Source of the DNA: an uncultured bacterium
GTDB taxonomy: Bacteria > Patescibacteriota > Minisyncoccia > Phycocordibacterales > GWA1-40-21
Length of the DNA stretch: 64,000 bases
Assembly: GCA_903850545.1 (NCBI GenBank)
Contig: CAINLW010000009.1
Location: 2,311 to 66,310 of the forward strand
Direction: 5' to 3'
Below the pieces are notes generated by a model, which searched no databases, was not told where the DNA came from, and saw only the letters and a list, made by a program, of their open reading frames with translations. Each line of letters starts with the position of its first letter. Position 1 is the stretch's first letter. The position numbers were made by a program, and so were the translations under genes. Below, piece by piece: positions 48,233 through 60,229 of this stretch.

Positions 48233-51200
48233 ATGAAAAGACCGGCAAATATTTTAACTGAAGGTGCGACTGGAGGAGAGCTAAAAAAGAAATATTTTAG
48301 CAAATACAAGAAACCTCTAATCAACACGCCAAACTTAGTTGACCACCAAATTAAGTCATATAAGTTGTTTTTGAAAGATGGTATCGCAGATGTGTTTAAA
48401 GAATTTTCCCCAATCAAAGATTACGCAGACAAAAAATTTGAATTGTATTTTTCTGGATTTGAAATTGGTGAATCAAAATATAATGAATTTCAAGCAAAAG
48501 AAAAGAAAATTTCATATGATGGACAACTAAAAGCAAAGGTTATCTTAAAAAACAAAACCTTTGGAACAGAAAATGAGCAGGAAATCTTTTTGACTGATAT
48601 TCCTCTTATGACTGATCATGGTACTTTCATTATAAATGGTATTGAAAGAGTTGTTATTCCTCAACTTGCAAGATCATATGGAATATTTTTTACTTTAAAC
48701 GATGCAAAAGGTAAAAATCAATTTGGAGCAAAAGTTATTCCAGCTCGCGGTTCTTGGATTGAAATTGAATCTGAGACAGACGGTGCTATTTATGTAAAAA
48801 TAGACAAAAAGAGAAAATTTGCGATTTCTTCTCTTTTGAGAATTTTTGGTGCAAAAACAGATAAAGATATTACAGCATTATTTGATGGTAATGATGAAGC
48901 TTTGAAAGTTATTGAGACAACTATTCTAAAAGACCATGCAAAAAGTCAAGACGATTCATATCTTGAAATATACAAAAGATTAAGAGACGGGGATCTAGCG
49001 GCACTTGAAAATGCAAAAGAATATGTAAATGCAGTATTTAGTGCAGAAAGATACGATATATCAAAAGTTGGACGTTCAAAATTCAACAAGAGATTTAATT
49101 TACCTACAGATGAAAAAACTCTAGAGAAAAAACATATTACTCTTGAGGATTTTGTTATTACAATAAAAAAGATTGTTGAACTTAATAATGATCCTGAAGC
49201 AAAAGAAGATGATATTGACCATTTGGGTTCAAGACGTGTCCGTTTTGTAGGAGAACTACTACAGCAAAAGTTTCGTGTTGGTATGGCACAAATGAAAAGA
49301 AATATTCAAGACAGAATGTCTACCGTTGATCCTGATATAAAAATGCCAGTTCAATTTATTTCTGCAAGACCACTTCAAGCAAGAATTAAAGAGTTTTTCT
49401 CAACAGGTCAAATGTCACAGTTTATGGATCAGGTAAACATTTTGAGCGAGCTTGAACACCTAAGAACGCTTTCTGCACTCGGTCCTGGAGGACTTACTAG
49501 AGAAAGAGCGGGATTCGAAGTTAGAGACGTTCACCCATCACACTATGGAAGACTTTGTCCTATTCAAACACCTGAAGGTCAAAACATTGGTCTTATTTTG
49601 AGGATGTCAACTTACGCAAAAATAAACGATTTTGGAATGATTGAAACTCCATATGCAAAAGTAAAAAAGGGAGTTATTACAAACGAAATCAAATATTACA
49701 ATGCGGTTGAAGAAGAAAATTTTAAAATTGCACACGCTGCCACAGCATATGATGACAAAGGAAAAATCTTAGAGGAAGAAGTTGAAGTTCGTCTAAACGG
49801 AGAACCAAAACTTGTAAGAAGTGATGAGGTAGATCTTATTGACGTTGCAGCAAACCAAGCATTTTCAGTTGGAACTTCTATTATACCTTTCTTAAACCAC
49901 GACGACTCTACAAGAGCTCTTATGGCAACGAACATGCAAAAACAAGCTGTTCCTTGTGTTATTCCTGAGGCAGCACTTGTTGCAACTGGAATCGAAGCAG
50001 AAGCAGCAAAATACACAGGTAGAGTAATTTTGGCAGAGGAAGAGGGAACAGTTACAGCAATTGATGCTACAAAAGTTGCAGTAAAATCTTCAAAAACAAA
50101 CAAAGAAAAGGTTTACAGTCTTGTAAATTTCTCAAGAACAAATGGATTTACCCCGTTCCACCAGAGACCAAGTGTCAATCTTGGACAAAAAGTTAAAAAA
50201 GGGGAATTACTTGCAGATACTTCATCTACTGTCAACGGAGAAATGGCACTTGGACAAAATGTTCTCGTAGCTTTTATGACATGGAGCGGATCAAACTATG
50301 AAGACGCAATTATTTTATCTGAAAAATTAGTTAAAGATAGCAAATTTTCATCAATACACATTGAAGAAATACAGGTAAATGTTCGCGATACAAAACTTGG
50401 ACCTGAAATCACAACTCACGATATTCCAAATGTTGGAGAAGCAAAATTAAAAAATCTTGATGAAGACGGAATCATTAGAATTGGAGCTGAAGTAAACACT
50501 GGAGATATTCTTGTTGGTAAAATTACACCAAAAGGAGAAACCCAGCTTACACCTGAAGAAAGATTGTTAAGATCAATCTTCGGAGAAAAAGCTAGAGACG
50601 TTAAAGACACATCAAAAAGATTAGAAAGTGGAAAATTGGGAAGAATTATTTCTGTAAAAGTATTTTCTAGAGAAAATGGAGATAAACTTGAATCAGGAAT
50701 TATAAAAAGAATTCACATAGAAGTAGCTCAATTAAGAAATGTTTCTGTCGGAGACAAACTTGCTGGTAGACACGGAAACAAAGGTGTTATTTCAAAAATC
50801 TTGCCAGTTGAAGATATGCCGTTTATGGCAGATGGAACTCCCGTTGATGTTATCCTTACACCACTCGGTATTCCAAGTCGTATGAACCTTGGACAAATTC
50901 TTGAATTACACTTAGGACTTGCTGCAAACACTTTAGATTATCAGGCAATCGTTCCACCTTTCATGGGAGCAACTGATACAGAAATAAAAGAAGAACTTGT
51001 AAAAGCTGGTTATAATTCAAACGGAAAAATGCCACTATTTGATGGTAGAACCGGTATAAAATATGAGCAAGATATTTCTGTTGGATATATGTATATTTTG
51101 AAACTTCACCATGAAGTAGAAGACAAGATACACATGAGATCTATCGGACCTTACTCAATGATTACTCAGCAACCTTTGGGAGGAAGAGCACAAGGAGGAG

Positions 51201-51448
51201 GACAGAGATTTGGAGAAATGGAGGTGTGGGCACTTCTTGGATACGGTGCTGCTTATACGCTACGCGAAATGCTCACTATAAAATCAGATGATATTGTGGG
51301 AAGATCATCAGCTTTTGATTCAATCGTTAAAGGAGAAAGAATCAAACAGCCAAATCTCCCAGCATCATTTAATGTATTGTTAAATAGCTTGAGAGGTCTC
51401 GCTCTAAATGTCGAACTCAAGAATGAAGATTTAGAAGAAGAAAAATAA
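48233..51448 (+). CDS. rpoB: RNA polymerase beta subunit
   Basis: GTFIINGIERV, RDVHPSHYGRLCP, GDKLAGRHGNKG, GGQRFGEME. Confidence 0.99.
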   Translation: MKRPANILTEGATGGELKKKYFSKYKKPLINTPNLVDHQIKSYKLFLKDGIADVFKEFSPIKDYADKKFELYFSGFEIGESKYNEFQAKEKKISYDGQLKAKVILKNKTFGTENEQEIFLTDIPLMTDHGTFIINGIERVVIPQLARSYGIFFTLNDAKGKNQFGAKVIPARGSWIEIESETDGAIYVKIDKKRKFAISSLLRIFGAKTDKDITALFDGNDEALKVIETTILKDHAKSQDDSYLEIYKRLRDGDLAALENAKEYVNAVFSAERYDISKVGRSKFNKRFNLPTDEKTLEKKHITLEDFVITIKKIVELNNDPEAKEDDIDHLGSRRVRFVGELLQQKFRVGMAQMKRNIQDRMSTVDPDIKMPVQFISARPLQARIKEFFSTGQMSQFMDQVNILSELEHLRTLSALGPGGLTRERAGFEVRDVHPSHYGRLCPIQTPEGQNIGLILRMSTYAKINDFGMIETPYAKVKKGVITNEIKYYNAVEEENFKIAHAATAYDDKGKILEEEVEVRLNGEPKLVRSDEVDLIDVAANQAFSVGTSIIPFLNHDDSTRALMATNMQKQAVPCVIPEAALVATGIEAEAAKYTGRVILAEEEGTVTAIDATKVAVKSSKTNKEKVYSLVNFSRTNGFTPFHQRPSVNLGQKVKKGELLADTSSTVNGEMALGQNVLVAFMTWSGSNYEDAIILSEKLVKDSKFSSIHIEEIQVNVRDTKLGPEITTHDIPNVGEAKLKNLDEDGIIRIGAEVNTGDILVGKITPKGETQLTPEERLLRSIFGEKARDVKDTSKRLESGKLGRIISVKVFSRENGDKLESGIIKRIHIEVAQLRNVSVGDKLAGRHGNKGVISKILPVEDMPFMADGTPVDVILTPLGIPSRMNLGQILELHLGLAANTLDYQAIVPPFMGATDTEIKEELVKAGYNSNGKMPLFDGRTGIKYEQDISVGYMYILKLHHEVEDKIHMRSIGPYSMITQQPLGGRAQGGGQRFGEMEVWALLGYGAAYTLREMLTIKSDDIVGRSSAFDSIVKGERIKQPNLPASFNVLLNSLRGLALNVELKNEDLEEEK

Positions 51449-51501
51449 TCTCAACATTTAGTTGTAGAAAAAATCTAAAAAATAATTAAATACTAAATAT
51501 T

Positions 51502-54500
51502 ATGATTAAAACAAAACAATCTTCAGATCAAAATTTCAACACAATATCCATCCACATTGCTTCTCCTGAAGTTATTGCAAAATGGTCATTTGGTGAAATT
51601 ACAAAACCGGAAACCATCAACTACAGAACGCAGAGATCAGAAAGAGGAGGACTCTTCGATGAAAAAATATTCGGTCCAGATAAGGACTACGAATGTTATT
51701 GCGGAAAATACAAAGGAATAAGATACAAAGGAATTGTTTGTGAAAAATGCGGAGTTGAAATAATCAGATCAATAGTCAGAAGAGAAAGAATGGGACATAT
51801 TGAATTGTCTACACCTGTTTCCCATATTTGGTTTTTGAGAGGAATACCTTCAAGACTTGGATCTGTAATGGGAATGTCAGTTGCTGATCTTGAAAAAGTT
51901 ATTTATTTCGCTGGATATATTATTACCCAAACTTTCCAACAAGAGAAAGATAGGATCTTAAAAGAAATAGAAAACGAATTTAAAAACAAAATAAAAACAG
52001 TTACCGACGAAAAAACAAAGGAAGCCTTGAAAGAAATGGCTACGAATGCCAAAAAGGAAGTTGAAGGAATTGTTGAAGGTAAAGTTTTAAACGAAGCTTC
52101 TTATCATAAATATTCAATAAAATACGGTCCTGCTTTTGAAGCTGGCATAGGAGGAGAAGTTATTTATGAACTTCTTAAAAAATTAAACTTGGATGATTTA
52201 GAGAAGAAAATTGTTACCGCACTAGAAAAAGCGAACTCTGCTGATTCTGAAAAACTAAACAAGAGATTGAGTTTGATAAGATCTATGATTGCATCAAAAT
52301 CAAGACCTGAATGGATGTTCTTAACAAAAATTCCTGTTATACCACCTGCACTAAGACCGATGGTACCACTTGATGGAGGAAGATTTGCTACATCTGATGT
52401 AAACGATCTTTACAGAAGAGTTATTAATAGAAATAACAGACTTCTTAAGCTAAAAGAAATTCATGCTCCAGACGTTATCTTGAGAAATGAAAAAAGAATT
52501 CTTCAAGAAGCGGTTGATGCCTTGATAGATAATTCAATCAGACATGGAAACGCTTTGTTTTCTGCTATGGGTTCGGCTTCAAGTAAAAGACTGTTGAAAT
52601 CTTTGGCAGACAATTTAAAAGGAAAAAGAGGTTTATTCAGACAAAATCTTCTTGGAAAACGTGTTGACTATTCTGGTAGATCAGTTATCGTTGTTGGTCC
52701 TGAATTACACTTGGATCAATGCGGGCTTCCAAAACACATGGCTCTTGAACTTTTTAGACCATTCGTTATTTCACAACTTTTGAAAAAAGAATTGGCTTAT
52801 AACATTCGTGGGGCTGGTAGATTGATTGATGATGGAGATCAAGAAGTTTGGGCAATACTTGAAGATGTCATTAAAGATAAATATGTTCTTCTAAACAGAG
52901 CCCCTACGCTTCACAGACTTGGTATTCAAGCTTTCAAACCAATACTTATCGAAGGAAACGCTATTCAGATTCACCCATTGGTATGTACAGCTTTCAACGC
53001 TGACTTCGATGGAGACCAAATGGCAGTTCACTTGCCACTAGGCGAAGAAGCGCAAAAAGAAGCGAAAGAAATTATGGCTGCTGACAAAAACATTTTGAAA
53101 CCTGGAGACGGAGATCCAACAATTTCTTCGAAACTTTTGGATATTGTGCTTGGATGTTATTGGATGACAAAAAATGTTGAGGGTGAGAAAGGTGAAGGAA
53201 AATATTATTCTTCAAAAAACGCCGCTATTACAGCTAGAGACTTTGATGTAATAGGATTTAGAACAAAAATTAAAGTTTTGCCATCAGAGAAAAAGAAATA
53301 TGACCAATTTGAAGGTAAAATATTTGAAACAACAGTTGGTAGATTGTTATTCAATTCATCATTACCTGAAGATTACCCATTTGTTAACAAAGAAATTGAT
53401 AACAAACAACTTAAAAAAATTATTGATGATTTAATTGTTCAGCATGGTCCAAATTCAATTGCTCCTATTATGGACAAAATCAAAGAGTTTGGATTCAAAT
53501 ATGCAACCTTATCAGGTGTCACTTGGGGTATAGATGATATTCAAATTCCAAAAGAAAAAGAGGCTATTGTTAAAAAAGCAAAACATAAATCTTTTGAGGT
53601 TTCTGAACAATTTAACGAAGGTTTGCTTATTGAAGAAGAAAGAATAAGAAAAAATATTGAAATTTGGCAAGGGGCAAAAGGAGAATTAGAAAAACTTATT
53701 ATTCCTTCTCAAGACAAAAACAGTTCAGCTTGCGATATGACAAAGTCTGGAGCTAGAGGATCTTTAGGACAACTAGTTCAAATGGCAGGTATGAAAGGTA
53801 TGATTCAAAACACAATGGGAGACACTATTGAATTCCCAGTTATTAACTGTTCAAAAGAAGGTTTTACTCCAATTGAATACTTCATTACAACTCACGGTTC
53901 AAGAAAAGGTCTTACTGACACTGCACTTAACACAGCAAGAGCTGGTTATTTGACCAGAAGATTGTTTGATGTTGCGCAAGATATTATTATCAAAGAAGAA
54001 GATTGTGGAACAAAAGAAAGTATAAAAATTTACAAGAGCTCTGGTAAGGATACAGGATCGTCTCTTGCAAAAAATATTAGAAGCAGAATTCTTGCTGAAG
54101 ACGCTGTAATGAAAGATGGGACTGTTTTATTCAAAAAAGGAACCCTACTTACAAAAATTGATGCTCAAGTGATTGAAAAATCAGATGTTGAGTCTGTTGC
54201 TGTCAGATCTCCACTTGTTTGTAAAACATTACACGGAATTTGCGCAAAATGTTACGGTATGGATCTTGGAAGAAATGCTTTGATAGATCTTGGAGAGGCT
54301 GTTGGAACAATCGCTGCTCAAGCTATCGGAGAACCAGGAACCCAGCTTACAATGAGAACATTCCACTCTGGAGGTGCTGCAGCTGAAGGTGGAGATATCA
54401 CGCAAGGTTTGCCTAGAGTTGAAGAAATTTTTGAAAAGAGAAGACCAAAAAATCCAGCCGTTATTGCAACAGTAAATGGTTTAATAACTTCTGTAAAAGA

Positions 54501-55176
54501 TTTTGGTAAAGAAAAAATAATCACAATAATTCCAGATCTAGAAGACAAAGGTAAAACAAAAAAATCAGGAGAAATTGAATACGTATTCAATCCAAAAAGA
54601 GTTGCGTTAGTTAAACAAGGAGATAAAGTCAAAAAAGGTCAATTACTCACAGACGGTTCAGCAGATGTAGATGAAATATTTGAATTTGCTGGAAGAGAAA
54701 AAGCTATTGAATATATTATTACCGAGGTCAGCAAACCTTACGAATTGCAAGGAGCTGCAGTTTCAAGAAAACACATTGAAATTATCGTTAAACAAATGTT
54801 TTCAAAGAAAATCGTCTCAAATCCAGGTGCATCTGATTTCTGTGTTGGCGACATCATTGATGAACTAGATTTGAAATTAGAAAATGAAGAAATAGCAGAG
54901 AGAAAAGGTGAACCAGTAGAAGCAAAACCTTTAGTTATGGGAATCACGGAATCATCACTCTCAAGAAGAAGCTTCTTATCCGCTGCTTCATTCCAACACA
55001 CAGTAAGAATACTTATAAATGCCGCAATAAAGGGAACAAACGACAATCTAGTTGGTCTAAAAGAAAATGTTATTATCGGTAGAATAATTCCATCTGGAAC
55101 AGGATTCGAAGGTAGTAAAAAATATGAAATGATAAGAGAGGTTCAAAAACAATTTGAAGGTGAAAACGAATACTAG
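51502..55176 (+). CDS. rpoC: RNA polymerase beta' subunit
   Basis: NADFDGDQM, Zn fingers, GEPGTQLTMRTFH. Confidence 0.99.
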   Translation: MIKTKQSSDQNFNTISIHIASPEVIAKWSFGEITKPETINYRTQRSERGGLFDEKIFGPDKDYECYCGKYKGIRYKGIVCEKCGVEIIRSIVRRERMGHIELSTPVSHIWFLRGIPSRLGSVMGMSVADLEKVIYFAGYIITQTFQQEKDRILKEIENEFKNKIKTVTDEKTKEALKEMATNAKKEVEGIVEGKVLNEASYHKYSIKYGPAFEAGIGGEVIYELLKKLNLDDLEKKIVTALEKANSADSEKLNKRLSLIRSMIASKSRPEWMFLTKIPVIPPALRPMVPLDGGRFATSDVNDLYRRVINRNNRLLKLKEIHAPDVILRNEKRILQEAVDALIDNSIRHGNALFSAMGSASSKRLLKSLADNLKGKRGLFRQNLLGKRVDYSGRSVIVVGPELHLDQCGLPKHMALELFRPFVISQLLKKELAYNIRGAGRLIDDGDQEVWAILEDVIKDKYVLLNRAPTLHRLGIQAFKPILIEGNAIQIHPLVCTAFNADFDGDQMAVHLPLGEEAQKEAKEIMAADKNILKPGDGDPTISSKLLDIVLGCYWMTKNVEGEKGEGKYYSSKNAAITARDFDVIGFRTKIKVLPSEKKKYDQFEGKIFETTVGRLLFNSSLPEDYPFVNKEIDNKQLKKIIDDLIVQHGPNSIAPIMDKIKEFGFKYATLSGVTWGIDDIQIPKEKEAIVKKAKHKSFEVSEQFNEGLLIEEERIRKNIEIWQGAKGELEKLIIPSQDKNSSACDMTKSGARGSLGQLVQMAGMKGMIQNTMGDTIEFPVINCSKEGFTPIEYFITTHGSRKGLTDTALNTARAGYLTRRLFDVAQDIIIKEEDCGTKESIKIYKSSGKDTGSSLAKNIRSRILAEDAVMKDGTVLFKKGTLLTKIDAQVIEKSDVESVAVRSPLVCKTLHGICAKCYGMDLGRNALIDLGEAVGTIAAQAIGEPGTQLTMRTFHSGGAAAEGGDITQGLPRVEEIFEKRRPKNPAVIATVNGLITSVKDFGKEKIITIIPDLEDKGKTKKSGEIEYVFNPKRVALVKQGDKVKKGQLLTDGSADVDEIFEFAGREKAIEYIITEVSKPYELQGAAVSRKHIEIIVKQMFSKKIVSNPGASDFCVGDIIDELDLKLENEEIAERKGEPVEAKPLVMGITESSLSRRSFLSAASFQHTVRILINAAIKGTNDNLVGLKENVIIGRIIPSGTGFEGSKKYEMIREVQKQFEGENEY

Positions 55177-55278
55177 GTTTAACAGGATATAGTAAGTAGC
55201 TTTTTAGCTTCTTAGTAAAATACATTAGAATGTGTTTCCTAAAAAGCTAATAAGCTACAAGCTAATAAGCTATTTATA

Positions 55279-57054
55279 ATGTCCTCCGTAGATCAAATAA
55301 AAGAAAGATTAAATATTGAAGGTGTTGTTGGCTCCTACATCAAACTTGAGAAAGCCGGCAACAGCTTAAAAGCAAGGTGTCCTTTTCACAATGAAAAAAC
55401 GCCATCTTTCTTCGTATCTCCAGAGAGAGGAAGTTATTATTGTTTTGGGTGCGGTGCAAAAGGGGATATTTTTACTTTTGTTCAAGAATTTGAAGGTATT
55501 GATTTTCTTGGATCATTAAAAATTCTTGCAGATAAGGCAGGTATAACTCTTGAGAAATTTACTTCAAAAACTACTGACAAAAAAGAAAGATTATATCAAC
55601 TTTTGGAAACTGCGACTTTGTTTATGCAGAAAAACCTTGAAGCAGAAGATATTCCTTTAAGTTATTTGAAAAATAGAGGTCTCAACAACGAAACCATTAA
55701 AAATTGGAAAATAGGTTATGTCCGCGATGAATGGAGATCTATTTCTGATCATTTAAAATCAAAAGGGTTTATTGATGATGAAATAGAAAGAGCTGGAATA
55801 TCAAAAACTGAAGGAAAAAACACTTATGACAGATTTCGTGGACGAATAATGTTTCCTATTTTTGACTCTGCTGGACGTGTAATCGCATACTCTGGAAGAA
55901 TACTTCACGATGACGGAAAATCTGCAAAATATTTAAATTCGCCACAAACTGAGCTTTTTGATAAGTCAAAGGTTCTTTATGGATACGATAGAGCAAAACA
56001 ATCCATTAGAAAGTTTGATTTTTCAATTTTAGTTGAAGGACAAATGGATTTACTCATGGCACATCAAGCAGGTTTTACAAATGCTATTGCATCTTCTGGA
56101 ACCGCCCTCACAGTAGAACACTTGGCATTATTAAAAAGAATATCGAACAAAATAATAATGTCGTTTGATTCAGATTATGCGGGGGCAAAGGCAGCAGAAA
56201 GGGGATGGGCATTAGCACTTTCAAACGGAATGGATGTAAAAATCGCTGAAATACCAAAGGGATTTGATCCTGCCGACTTAATCCTTAAAGATAAAGAAAA
56301 ATTTAAAGATGTTATTAAAAATTCTACATTTTTAATAGATTTTCTTTTAAATAGAATTGAAGCGGAACATAAAGACCTGCCTGCGCAGGCAGGCAAAAAG
56401 AAATTGTGGCAAACAATAAAAAATAAGATTTTGCCATATGTTTACTTATTAGACGGAAATACGGAAAGAAGTAGATATGTAAAAAAAATATCCGATCTAA
56501 TAGACATAAAAGAAGACTTTATCTGGGATGATTTAAAAAAGGTCAAACTCGATGATGAATTTCAACCACAAAACACACAAGTCGAAAACAAAACTATAGA
56601 AAAAGAGATAAGTCAGGAAATATTAAAAAAAGGTTCGATAGAAAGAAGTTTGGCATCTATTTTGACTAAACAAGAGGGTCGGCAAACAGATACGACAAAT
56701 GTGCGAGAAAAAATAAAGAACATATTAAGTGATGAAAAATATTTAAAGTTTCAAGAAGAATACAAAAATAAAATAAATGAATTAGCTTTTGAAGCAGAGG
56801 GGTACTACGAAAATATTGACGACGATAAATTACAAAAAGAAACGGAATATTTGATTTTAAATCTACGCGAAGAATACTATAAAAAAGAACTGGAAAAGCT
56901 TTTAACAAACCTAAAACTAGCAGAAAAAAGTAAAATTGCAGAAATGATAGAGTCCATATCGCTAAGATTAAAACTACTGATGCAAAAATTAAGTGAGATT
57001 AAAAGCGAAAAAAATTCTTTTTATAAAAATAATCTCGATCAACCAAAAAAATGA
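55279..57054 (+). CDS. dnaG: DNA primase
   Basis: [11 protein letters not shown]...[31 protein letters not shown]. Confidence 0.98.
   Translation: MSSVDQIKERLNIEGVVGSYIKLEKAGNSLKARCPFHNEKTPSFFVSPERGSYYCFGCGAKGDIFTFVQEFEGIDFLGSLKILADKAGITLEKFTSKTTDKKERLYQLLETATLFMQKNLEAEDIPLSYLKNRGLNNETIKNWKIGYVRDEWRSISDHLKSKGFIDDEIERAGISKTEGKNTYDRFRGRIMFPIFDSAGRVIAYSGRILHDDGKSAKYLNSPQTELFDKSKVLYGYDRAKQSIRKFDFSILVEGQMDLLMAHQAGFTNAIASSGTALTVEHLALLKRISNKIIMSFDSDYAGAKAAERGWALALSNGMDVKIAEIPKGFDPADLILKDKEKFKDVIKNSTFLIDFLLNRIEAEHKDLPAQAGKKKLWQTIKNKILPYVYLLDGNTERSRYVKKISDLIDIKEDFIWDDLKKVKLDDEFQPQNTQVENKTIEKEISQEILKKGSIERSLASILTKQEGRQTDTTNVREKIKNILSDEKYLKFQEEYKNKINELAFEAEGYYENIDDDKLQKETEYLILNLREEYYKKELEKLLTNLKLAEKSKIAEMIESISLRLKLLMQKLSEIKSEKNSFYKNNLDQPKK
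56376..56393. repeat. 18-bp perfect palindrome in frame within dnaG
   Basis: cctgcctgcgcaggcagg, identical at 60601-60618. Confidence 0.9.
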
Positions 57055-58283
57055 AAAAACACAAAAAAACAAAAAAAGTTTCTAAAAGAAAAATAGTAAA
57101 AGTTAAAAAAACTATTAAAAAGATAGTTCATAAAACGTCTACTAAAACAAAATCTGCTCCAAAATCAAAACCCTCTCCAAAAACAAAAAGTCCAAAGATT
57201 TCTTCTAAACTTAAAGAAATGGATATAAAGGCAGGCAGACTTATTTCAAAAGGTAGAGAAAGAGGTTTTATTACTTATGATGAGATTCTAAAGGAATTTC
57301 CTAAAATCGAAGATGATATTTTTTTCCTTGATGATTTATATAGCAAACTTGTAGTTGCAGGAATTGATGTTCTTGAAGGAGGCGGAATGCTTGAAGTTGA
57401 CGAAGAACAAATCAAAAAATATTCAACTTATGGCTCACGTTCAGCAGATGCTGGATATGACTCTATTCAAATATACTTGAAAGAGATCGGACAATATCCG
57501 CTTATCAATGCTTCAATGGAAAAGGATTTGGCAAGAAAAATTCAGCAAGGTGACAACGAGGCCAAAAATCTTTTAGCAAAAGCCAACTTAAGACTTGTTG
57601 TTTCTATAGCAAAAAAATACGTAGGAAGATCTGCCGATCTTACACTATTAGATTTGATACAAGAAGGGAACCTCGGTTTATTTAAAGCGGTAGATAAATT
57701 TGATTGGACAAAAGGTTTTAAATTTTCAACTTACGCAACTTGGTGGATAAGACAAGCGATTACAAGAGCTCTTGCCGACCAATCAAGAACAATCCGTGTA
57801 CCAGTTCACATGGTGGAAACAATCGCAAAATACAAACAAGTTTACAGAAGGCTATCTCAAGATTTGGGAAGAGAACCTCTTTCAGAAGAAATTGCTACTG
57901 AAATGGGACTAGAGGTAAGCAAGGTTTACATGATTGAAAAAATTGACCAAGACACAATATCTTTGGAAGCTCCCGTTGGTGACGATGATGATGGAAAATC
58001 AACTCTTGGTGACTTCGTTGCAGACGATAAAATACTTTCACCTGATCAAGAATCATCCAGAAGAATTCTTTCTGACCAAGTTAAAGAAATTCTAAATGAC
58101 CTTTCATTAAAAGAGAAAAAAATTCTTGAAATGAGACATGGATTAAATGACGGTGTCACTCACACACTTGAAGAAGTCGGACTAGAATTTGGCGTAACCA
58201 GAGAAAGAATTAGACAAATTGAAGCTAAAGCGCATGAAAAAATAAGAATTCATGAAAAAATAAATAGACTTCAAGCATATTAG
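57051..58283 (+). CDS. rpoD: Primary sigma factor sigma70
   Basis: [45 protein letters not shown]...[10 protein letters not shown]. Confidence 0.98.
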   Translation: MKKHKKTKKVSKRKIVKVKKTIKKIVHKTSTKTKSAPKSKPSPKTKSPKISSKLKEMDIKAGRLISKGRERGFITYDEILKEFPKIEDDIFFLDDLYSKLVVAGIDVLEGGGMLEVDEEQIKKYSTYGSRSADAGYDSIQIYLKEIGQYPLINASMEKDLARKIQQGDNEAKNLLAKANLRLVVSIAKKYVGRSADLTLLDLIQEGNLGLFKAVDKFDWTKGFKFSTYATWWIRQAITRALADQSRTIRVPVHMVETIAKYKQVYRRLSQDLGREPLSEEIATEMGLEVSKVYMIEKIDQDTISLEAPVGDDDDGKSTLGDFVADDKILSPDQESSRRILSDQVKEILNDLSLKEKKILEMRHGLNDGVTHTLEEVGLEFGVTRERIRQIEAKAHEKIRIHEKINRLQAY

Positions 58284-58361
58284 AAGCTGACTCCGTCAAA
58301 TTGACTTTTTTGACCGAGGCTGACTACTATCACGTTTGGTTAATAAATCATTATATTTAAC

Positions 58362-58393
58362 CGCACCAACCACGAAGAGTGGGTGGTGCTTTT
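58362..58393 (+). terminator. Terminator after rpoD
   Basis: gcacca...tggtgc stem followed by T run. Confidence 0.6.
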
Positions 58394-58445
58394 ATAAACA
58401 AAAAAAGACTAGAAACTGTAGCATTTAAGTGCTAATATTTACTGT

Positions 58446-59087
58446 ATGAAAATATACTTTGTAAGACATGGTGAAAGCAAAGGTAATGTTGGACCTTTTG
58501 TTCAGGGTCCAGATGAACCACTTACTGAAGCAGGCCTTAAACAAGCACAGTTTGTGGCAAAAAGATTAGAATCTATTCCTGTTGACGTTATTTTAAGTAG
58601 TCCAGAAAAACGTGCAGAAATGACAGCAAAAATCATAAGTGCGACTATTAATAAACCAATAGAATTAAGTAATTTGTTGATTGAATTTGTTAAACCGTCG
58701 GTAATTGTTAAAAAACTTAAAAAAGATCCTGAAGTAAAAGAAATTAAAAAGCTTATAAAAGATCATTTTCACATTTATGGATGGAAACATTCTGATGAAG
58801 AAAATTTTGAAGATTTTAAAAAAAGAGCAATAAAGCTTCTTAATTATCTTTCAACACGTAAGGAACAAAACATTCTTATTGCTACACATGGAATTTTTAT
58901 GAGAATGCTTTTGGCGATTGTTGTTATGGGCGAAGAGCTTACCTCCCGTGAATATTGGAAATTTTTTATTACATTTTCCTTAGATAATACGGGTATAATG
59001 GTGCTTAAATCTAACGATGTTGGATTATATGAAGACTCACCTAAATGGGAATTGATTACTTGGAATGACCATGCCCACTTGGATTAA
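58446..59087 (+). CDS. Histidine phosphatase family protein
   Basis: VRHGES, SSPEKRA, THG, WNDHAHL. Confidence 0.92.
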   Translation: MKIYFVRHGESKGNVGPFVQGPDEPLTEAGLKQAQFVAKRLESIPVDVILSSPEKRAEMTAKIISATINKPIELSNLLIEFVKPSVIVKKLKKDPEVKEIKKLIKDHFHIYGWKHSDEENFEDFKKRAIKLLNYLSTRKEQNILIATHGIFMRMLLAIVVMGEELTSREYWKFFITFSLDNTGIMVLKSNDVGLYEDSPKWELITWNDHAHLD

Positions 59088-59093
59088 AAATTT

Positions 59094-60116
59094 ATGACCA
59101 CAGAATCTAACATTAGAAATATTCCACTTCCTGAAGATCATGAATTGATTGAACATTATCAACCAAGATTTTTAGGTATGGGCGGAGACCATCTTGTATA
59201 TGAAGTGGGAGGACATCCCGATGTTGTTATTAAAGCATCAACATATTATATAAAAGATATTTTGCTTGGCGAAAAGACAAAAGACCTTGTTGCAACTGAG
59301 ATATTAATAAAAAATGATCAAATCAGAGAGTTACGTGCTTTTTGGGGGAAAAAACACACTGTTCCAGAAAGACGTTACCTTATGCGAGTTCCGATTTCAA
59401 AAGATTTGTTAGATGAAATATTTAAAAATGATTGGTTAAGACGTGTTCCTCCAAATGGTTACGAGTCTTTAAAAGAGGTTTGGACATCAGTGATAGTGCA
59501 AGAAAAAGTTCCTGAAATTAATAACCCAGAACACAAAAGTTTTAGTTTTGGTGGTTTTGTGGAGGATGAATTAGAGAATATTGATCAAGTACAGTATGAA
59601 AAATTAAATCATACTTTTATTACCCATGAAACTGTATTAAATGAGGAAGATTTAAACCTATTCTTTAATCTACAAGATAGTCCAAAAACTCATCATTTAA
59701 AAGATCTGATCAAGCAAGCAGAAAGTGATAACGAGCTTAAAGAAATGCTTAAGAAGTTTGTTTTACAGGCGATCGATTTTGCAATAAAAACTGGGAATAT
59801 TTTGGCTCTAGCTGGAGAAAATAATGTTATTTTTTACAAAAAAGACAACGGCTGGAATTACTTACTAATAGATGCGACGCCCGTTCATTCAGGGCCAGTA
59901 TTTAAAGCATCCATGGAGATTCTTCATAAAATTATGCTTGGTGAGAATATTGATATTAAAGAAAAAGATTTATTAAAAAAAGGGTTAAATTTTACAAGAA
60001 CAATAAATGGTTTTGCAAAGAGTCTCGGTTTAAATGATTTTTTAGATATTATCAATACTCAAGATTCATTAGATAAAATTAATTTCTCAAGAATTTTTAA
60101 AGCATCTTTAAAATAA
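59094..60116 (+). CDS. Hypothetical protein with protein-kinase-like motifs
   Basis: FLGMGGDHLVY, VVIKA, VQE, LALAGENNV, LLID. Confidence 0.55.
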   Translation: MTTESNIRNIPLPEDHELIEHYQPRFLGMGGDHLVYEVGGHPDVVIKASTYYIKDILLGEKTKDLVATEILIKNDQIRELRAFWGKKHTVPERRYLMRVPISKDLLDEIFKNDWLRRVPPNGYESLKEVWTSVIVQEKVPEINNPEHKSFSFGGFVEDELENIDQVQYEKLNHTFITHETVLNEEDLNLFFNLQDSPKTHHLKDLIKQAESDNELKEMLKKFVLQAIDFAIKTGNILALAGENNVIFYKKDNGWNYLLIDATPVHSGPVFKASMEILHKIMLGENIDIKEKDLLKKGLNFTRTINGFAKSLGLNDFLDIINTQDSLDKINFSRIFKASLK

Positions 60117-60229
60117 TTAAAACCATCTTATAGACTTGTGATTGTTTTGTTAACTCTAGAGAGATCGAGCCAAAATAAGGTCACTAATGTAACTATTCTA
60201 TATTTGCATTAATTTGATACAATAATCAA

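Noticed and set aside
55190-55272. aagctaataagcta micro-repeats and IR between rpoC and dnaG (similar low-complexity repeats at ~6620-6660 and ~63545-63575)
   Set aside because: No repeat-spacer periodicity, so not CRISPR; probably a terminator or simple repeats
57229-57240. aggcaggcag in rpoD as another coding palindrome
   Set aside because: Only a half site and explained by ordinary KAGR codons
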